Assembly: GCA_964016885.1 (NCBI GenBank)
Contig: OZ024742.1
Coordinates: 150,102,001 to 150,166,000, forward strand
Reading direction: 5' to 3'
Length of the DNA stretch: 64,000 nt
Origin: Eledone cirrhosa
Lineage: Eukaryota
Translations under genes and position numbers: made by a program
Notes under the pieces: model-generated
The model's database searches: none
The model's input: the letters and a program-made list of their open reading frames with translations, nothing else
Told to the model about the DNA's origin: nothing
Part shown: in pieces, positions 59,072 to 64,000 of the stretch
Layout of the letters: the number at the start of each line of letters is the position of its first letter
Position numbering within the stretch: position 1 is the stretch's first letter

Positions 59072-59467
59072 AAGAAAATGACAGGCGGCGGGACAGGTTG
59101 AATTCCATGCCATTCTGAGTTCAAATCCCACCGAGGTTAACTTTGCCTTTCATCCTTACGAGGTCGATAAAATAAAGTACCAGTAATACACTGGGTAATT
59201 GCTGGCCTTGTGCCAAAAGTAGAAACAATTAATTACATTTATTTCTGCAAACACTATGCACATTTCAGTGGCCACTTTGCCTAAGAACCTGGTGACATCA
59301 TCAGGTGTATATTGCATAATAGTTGTATACCAAAGGAATGATGGTAAACACATTCCAAGAGGCTTTAATGAAAAAAGCAGCGAAGAAACAAATATTTGTT
59401 TTTGTTTTTGACTAAGAGACGTTGTCAAATATATATCTATTATGTAATAAACAACACCCTATAATTA

Positions 59468-59538
59468 TTCCATTACCCAAGGTTTCACGATGTCAGACGA
59501 TTCTAACAGAGGCGTTTGAAGTCGTTCATCAGATAGAA
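59468..59538 (-). ncRNA. Type I hammerhead ribozyme
   Basis: Minus strand: ttctat-CTGATGA-acga...tcgt-GAAA-cc ttg gg-TA-atggaa. Confidence 0.7.
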
Positions 59539-59693
59539 ATTTTATTATGGATGTAAGATATGAAATTAAAATCAAAATCTATTATAAACGAAAGTGAGGC
59601 TGTTGTTTATTACATAATTAAATAGCTCTGTACTATACATAGAGCATTCTTCTTTCCTTTACCTTTTCCATGGAAATACTTAACACCCACCCC

Positions 59694-59738
<45 letters not shown>

Positions 59739-60044
59739 GCATATACATACATTACATACATACGTACATACTTGCATGCATATATACATGCATACATTCA
59801 TACATAAACACATAATACAGGGGCGGTGGAACTGGCGGCAGGGCCAAGGGGTTAGTCCCCCATCCTTAATGATTATATTTTTCTCCCTAAAATACTAAAA
59901 CACACATCTATTTGTATATGCGCTACAATTTATGTACAAGTTATGAAGAGGTAGATGGGTGAGATAGGTATAGATGAAGAGAGAGGGAGAGTTTCGTGGT
60001 AATAGATATAGAAAGGAAGGTTTGGAGAGTGTGTTGTATATTAG

Positions 60045-63000
60045 ATATATATTTCTATTTATTTGCCACCAGGGCATCAAAGATTGGGACAAATACAAAG
60101 GGGGGAGTTTACATACATTTAAAAAGACGTGTAAAAAACATATAACAAATTAAATTTAACAATCGATGTCCTCAATAGGGAGGGGCGTTGGCATGGGTCG
60201 CACACACCCCCGAAAAAATGTGCAACCCTCCTCTTCAGGAGCACAAAGAGCGGGTGCTTCCTTCCTCTTCTCATTCTTCTCCTCTCTCACCTACAGGCTG
60301 ATATAGAGAGAAGGCCCATTCACTCGGGCCATTCTCGCTACTTTCACCCATCTTTCATAAAACTTGCTGGAGTAGAGCACCTCTCTCTCCATTCTGATCC
60401 TTCTTCTAAAGTGGTACTTGAAAAAAAAGACCAGTTGTTGACCGGAGAGATAGGTGTCTGACCTCAGCCCTTTCAACTTGTCCACCATACAACTTCTTTC
60501 GCCATGGCTATCACACAGAGGAAAACCGCCTCTCCTTCGTTTTTGAAAGGGGGAGGCGGTTTGATTGTGACAATGTTCTCGGTGGTCAACCGGATTGGTC
60601 CAACCCGCGACAGTAGTCGTTCTACATAGCCCCACAGGTCAGCAACGCCCGGGCAGTGTACGAATGCGTGTGCGACGGTTTCCTCGTCACGCACGCATCT
60701 TGGACAGATCTTCTTCGAGGGGTCCCTACCCGGGCGCCCGTGTCTGTAGAGCTTGTCCCGAACGGATAGAGCTCCTCGGTAACATTGCCAAGCCAGGGAC
60801 TTTTGGAAGTTGTCCATCGGTCCCAGGCCAAACGTCCTACCGAACAGACTGGCCAGCTCGTCTTCCTCCATGCCCAGAGCCTCTCCGAGAGCGTCGTCGC
60901 ACTTACTGCGCACCAACCCTCTATAGAATGTTGAGGTTGAGTCTCCACTGATTGCCGGATCCGCTTGCCAGAGGGCCGTGAGCGCCTGGGCACATTCAAT
61001 GTGCCAGTCGCCCACTTTTCTCGGTCTTTGCTTGACCCAGGATTGCAGCTCGGTGAGTGAGACGAGTCTCGGAAAGGCTCGCCTCACAAACAGGGCCCAC
61101 ACCGGCTGACCGGTGAGGAATACCTGGAGGTGCCGTAGCCTTAATGCGTGTCTACGCATCGTCAACCACGGCATCCCCAGCCCTCTGTTCGAAGGGTGTT
61201 GACAGCAGATGGATCTTCTCACCAAAGGAGCCCGCTTCTTCCAAAGAAATCGGAAGAGCGCACGCTCCATTTTGGCGAATGTTTTCTCTGGGCAAGGCAC
61301 AACGGTCAAGCGGTAGTAGATGACGGACGCTATATAAGCGTTCGCCACCTCCGCTCGACCTTTCAGGGATAGTTTGCACTCGGCCCACTTCTGGGCGAGT
61401 GCAAACACCTTGCCCGTTACCTCGTCCCAGTTTTTCTCCACCTGGAGGTCCGGTCCGAACCAGACCCTGAGCAGCTTCACCGGTCCCTCCGTCCAGCGTC
61501 CGACGATGCCGTTGGAGGGCATCGTTTTGCCCCTCCACGTCCCGAGTTGCAAACCGACGGACTTGTCCCGGTTCAGCTTGCCTCTTGTGAACCTTTCATA
61601 TTCCTCCAGTAAGGTGTCGATCTGCCCGATTTCCGAGGCGCATGACACCATTACTGTCACGTCATCGGCGTAGGCCGACACCGCTTTCCGCAATCCCGGT
61701 TCCAAGGGGATGCCCTGCAACAGCTCCAGCTTCCGCAGTAGTGGCTCGAGAGCCAGCACATACAGGAGGGAGGAGAGAGGGCATCCCTGTCGAATGGATC
61801 GCGTGATTTGGAACGGCTCCGAGAGGTAGCCGTTCACCTTGACCCTCGAGCAGGTGTTGCTGCTGTGCATTGCAGCAATCCAGCCCCTGAAAACGGGTCC
61901 GAAGCCTGCCACCGCGAGCACCGCATCCAGGTACCGATGGTCAACCCTATCGAACGCTTTAGATTGATCCAAGTTGATCAGGGCTCCACCAAAGCCGGGT
62001 TCGTTCCCTACCCTCTCTACGATGTATCGCATGAGGTGGAGGTTGTCGTGTATGGACCTGGACGGGATTGCGCATGTCTGCGCTTCTCCCACCAGGTTCC
62101 CGACGACAAGCGCCAACCTCTTCGCTAACACCTTGGCCAAAATCTTTAACTCTGTGTTTAGCAGAGTTATGGGCCTGAAGTTATCTATGTCATCCCCCTT
62201 GTTCTCGTCCTTCCTCACCAGCGTGACTACGCCCTTGGTCACAGAACTGGGAATTCTCCCGTTCTGTTGCCAGTTGCAGTAGACCGCCTCGAGGAGACCG
62301 GAGAACAAGCCCGGCATCGCTACATAAAGTTCGTATGGTAGACCATCGAGACCCGGAGATTTGCGTTTGCCGCATTGGCTCAGCGCTTCCCCTATTTCAG
62401 CGGCTGAAATTGGCCTCTCGCAGGACTTCGCCTCCCCGTCCGAGAGCCGCGCCAGACCGTCGAGGTATGGACCGAAATCCATGGCCCCACCCGGCCCGCC
62501 GCCCCTCCCGAACAGTCGCGCAAAGCGCCGTTGAAAGGCCGCGCTCATCCGCTCAGGTTCAAGGATCACGCGTCCATCCTGGTCCTTCAAAGACCGAATC
62601 GTGGACTTGTTTCCACTTTTTGCCTCTGTCACTCGGGCCCAGCTAACAGCTTTGGCTCCCTCGTTACCCAGAGTACGTATTTTACTCCTGACAACGCAGC
62701 CCTCGTTCTTCGCATCAAAGAACTGGTCTAGGGCCGTTCTTGACGCCAGCACGCCGGCCACGTTTCCACTCCTAATCGCCTCTTCTACTCTATTTGTTAA
62801 TTCCCTTTCAGTTCTATTCCTATCTGATGCTAATTCCCGACTAAAACCTATCGATTCTATTCTAATTTCTCTCTTGAGAGAGCCCCACCACCTGTTGTTG
62901 ACAATTGCCCCCGTCAAACGCTGCTTAACTAGTGTGCTAATCCGCTTACTGTAAGCTTTGTTTGTCGGTAAAGACAAGTTTAGCTTCCAGTAACCGGGTC

Positions 63001-64000
63001 CCTGTCTATGAGTTCTATCAAGGTTGACCACTCCGGTCAACAACTTGTGATCCGAATAGTCAACCATGAACATTCGTGGACAGCTTAATATGTCCCTATC
63101 CTTATTTCTAACTAGGAACCTATCTAGGTACGACCTGGATGTTCCGCTGCGATTACTCCACGTCCACCGTGGCACAGTCGGAAAATCCAGTCGATATCTA
63201 TCGGCCAGATCAAATCGGCCGATTAATCGTTTGAGGCTGTTACACCCCCCTCTATCGGGACATGCCCCTACATAGTCCCAACGTGCATCCAGGATACCAT
63301 TCCAGTCCCCCACTAAAAGCAAGGAGCGAGACGTTCCCAGGAAATTCTCCAGGCGTCGGAAGAAGTCCGGTCGCGGTGTCCCCGATGGGGCATACGTTGC
63401 CACCAGCCTGAAAGCTCCACCTTCACCACTGCCGACGTCTAAAACCACCAGTCGACCCTCCGAGTCCAGGTGTACCTTCTGTGTGGCAAGACCCAGGTAT
63501 TTTCGCAGCAGAACGACAACCCCACCCCCACCCCTCGGCTGACAGAGAGATGCGTAGATCTCAAAGTCGTCGAAGATGGGGGCCAGTTGGCGCTCGCTGC
63601 TGATCCTGGACTCGCAAATAACCATTACATCCACTCTGTGCGACCTGAGGTCATTTAAGAGTTTGCCCTGTTTCCAGGACATCCCCAAGCCGCGTGCATT
63701 CACACATCCAACTCTTATATTGGCCATGTTGGTGCTGAAGAGGTAAAAAGGAAGAGGAAAGGAAATTACTTACCTCTTCATCTCCTGGGGCTGCACTATT
63801 TCCATGGGGGTGTTGGAAGGGTTGTTTGGTGGGGTGGTGGTTTGTGGTGGGGTGAGGACATCAGTGTGTGGTGGGATTAGGGTGTTTGGTGGGGTGTGGG
63901 TGTCTGGTGTGGGGGTGAGGAAACATCTCAATAGGACGCTGTTATGTGGTTTGGTGCAGTTGGTCCCCACATGCATTGGATGGTTCTTTTTCAAAGTTAC
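60045..64000 (-). mobile_element. Tx1-like LINE (ORF1 3' end, ORF2, 3' UTR), runs off the window
   Basis: GC-rich block; Pro/Thr-rich ORF end just upstream of ORF2; UTR ending ...ggcaaataaatagaaata. Confidence 0.85.
60473..63727 (-). CDS. Tx1/L1-clade LINE ORF2 (APE endonuclease, RT, C-terminal Cys/His motif)
   Basis: 1084 aa: NARGL, GDWN, YLDRFL, SDH; KSPGLDG, FRPITLLN, DQSKAFD, RQGCPLS, YADD; CPRC..ETVAHAFVHC; C-terminus appears to continue in another frame to 60291. Confidence 0.93.
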   Translation of the reverse strand: MANIRVGCVNARGLGMSWKQGKLLNDLRSHRVDVMVICESRISSERQLAPIFDDFEIYASLCQPRGGGGVVVLLRKYLGLATQKVHLDSEGRLVVLDVGSGEGGAFRLVATYAPSGTPRPDFFRRLENFLGTSRSLLLVGDWNGILDARWDYVGACPDRGGCNSLKRLIGRFDLADRYRLDFPTVPRWTWSNRSGTSRSYLDRFLVRNKDRDILSCPRMFMVDYSDHKLLTGVVNLDRTHRQGPGYWKLNLSLPTNKAYSKRISTLVKQRLTGAIVNNRWWGSLKREIRIESIGFSRELASDRNRTERELTNRVEEAIRSGNVAGVLASRTALDQFFDAKNEGCVVRSKIRTLGNEGAKAVSWARVTEAKSGNKSTIRSLKDQDGRVILEPERMSAAFQRRFARLFGRGGGPGGAMDFGPYLDGLARLSDGEAKSCERPISAAEIGEALSQCGKRKSPGLDGLPYELYVAMPGLFSGLLEAVYCNWQQNGRIPSSVTKGVVTLVRKDENKGDDIDNFRPITLLNTELKILAKVLAKRLALVVGNLVGEAQTCAIPSRSIHDNLHLMRYIVERVGNEPGFGGALINLDQSKAFDRVDHRYLDAVLAVAGFGPVFRGWIAAMHSSNTCSRVKVNGYLSEPFQITRSIRQGCPLSSLLYVLALEPLLRKLELLQGIPLEPGLRKAVSAYADDVTVMVSCASEIGQIDTLLEEYERFTRGKLNRDKSVGLQLGTWRGKTMPSNGIVGRWTEGPVKLLRVWFGPDLQVEKNWDEVTGKVFALAQKWAECKLSLKGRAEVANAYIASVIYYRLTVVPCPEKTFAKMERALFRFLWKKRAPLVRRSICCQHPSNRGLGMPWLTMRRHALRLRHLQVFLTGQPVWALFVRRAFPRLVSLTELQSWVKQRPRKVGDWHIECAQALTALWQADPAISGDSTSTFYRGLVRSKCDDALGEALGMEEDELASLFGRTFGLGPMDNFQKSLAWQCYRGALSVRDKLYRHGRPGRDPSKKICPRCVRDEETVAHAFVHCPGVADLWGYVERLLSRVGPIRLTTENIVTIKPPPPFKNEGEAVFLCVIAMAKEVVWWTS

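Noticed and set aside
60595-63658. Plus-strand ORFs over the LINE
   Set aside because: Antisense shadows of the GC-rich ORF2

Overview
AT-rich, microsatellite-saturated metazoan DNA with no convincing host protein-coding gene. The SINE and repeat content suggests a cephalopod (Octopus-like) genome, which is an inference. Nearly all short ORFs are (TA)n/(CA)n/(GAT)n artefacts. Recognisable parts are a tRNA-Ala(CGC) gene, a near full-length Tx1/L1-clade LINE ORF2, a deleted Gypsy LTR element, Penelope-like (PLE) RT and GIY-YIG remnants, Helitron, CRE-like and RTE fragments, MITEs and many tRNA-derived SINEs. The main hidden signal is a dense population of type I hammerhead ribozymes (HHRs) in short non-coding units inserted into (TA)n tracts as tandem and head-to-head inverted copies. 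The centrepiece is an apparently invariant 310-bp array at 11561-17128 with 18 HHR copies in two divergent arms, which looks like a retrozyme (circular RNA retroelement) rolling-circle insertion. A second family has a non-canonical U3-A8 catalytic core with covarying stems. Several fold-back insertions are centred on HHR stem II. All ribozyme calls come from manual pairing and are untested.
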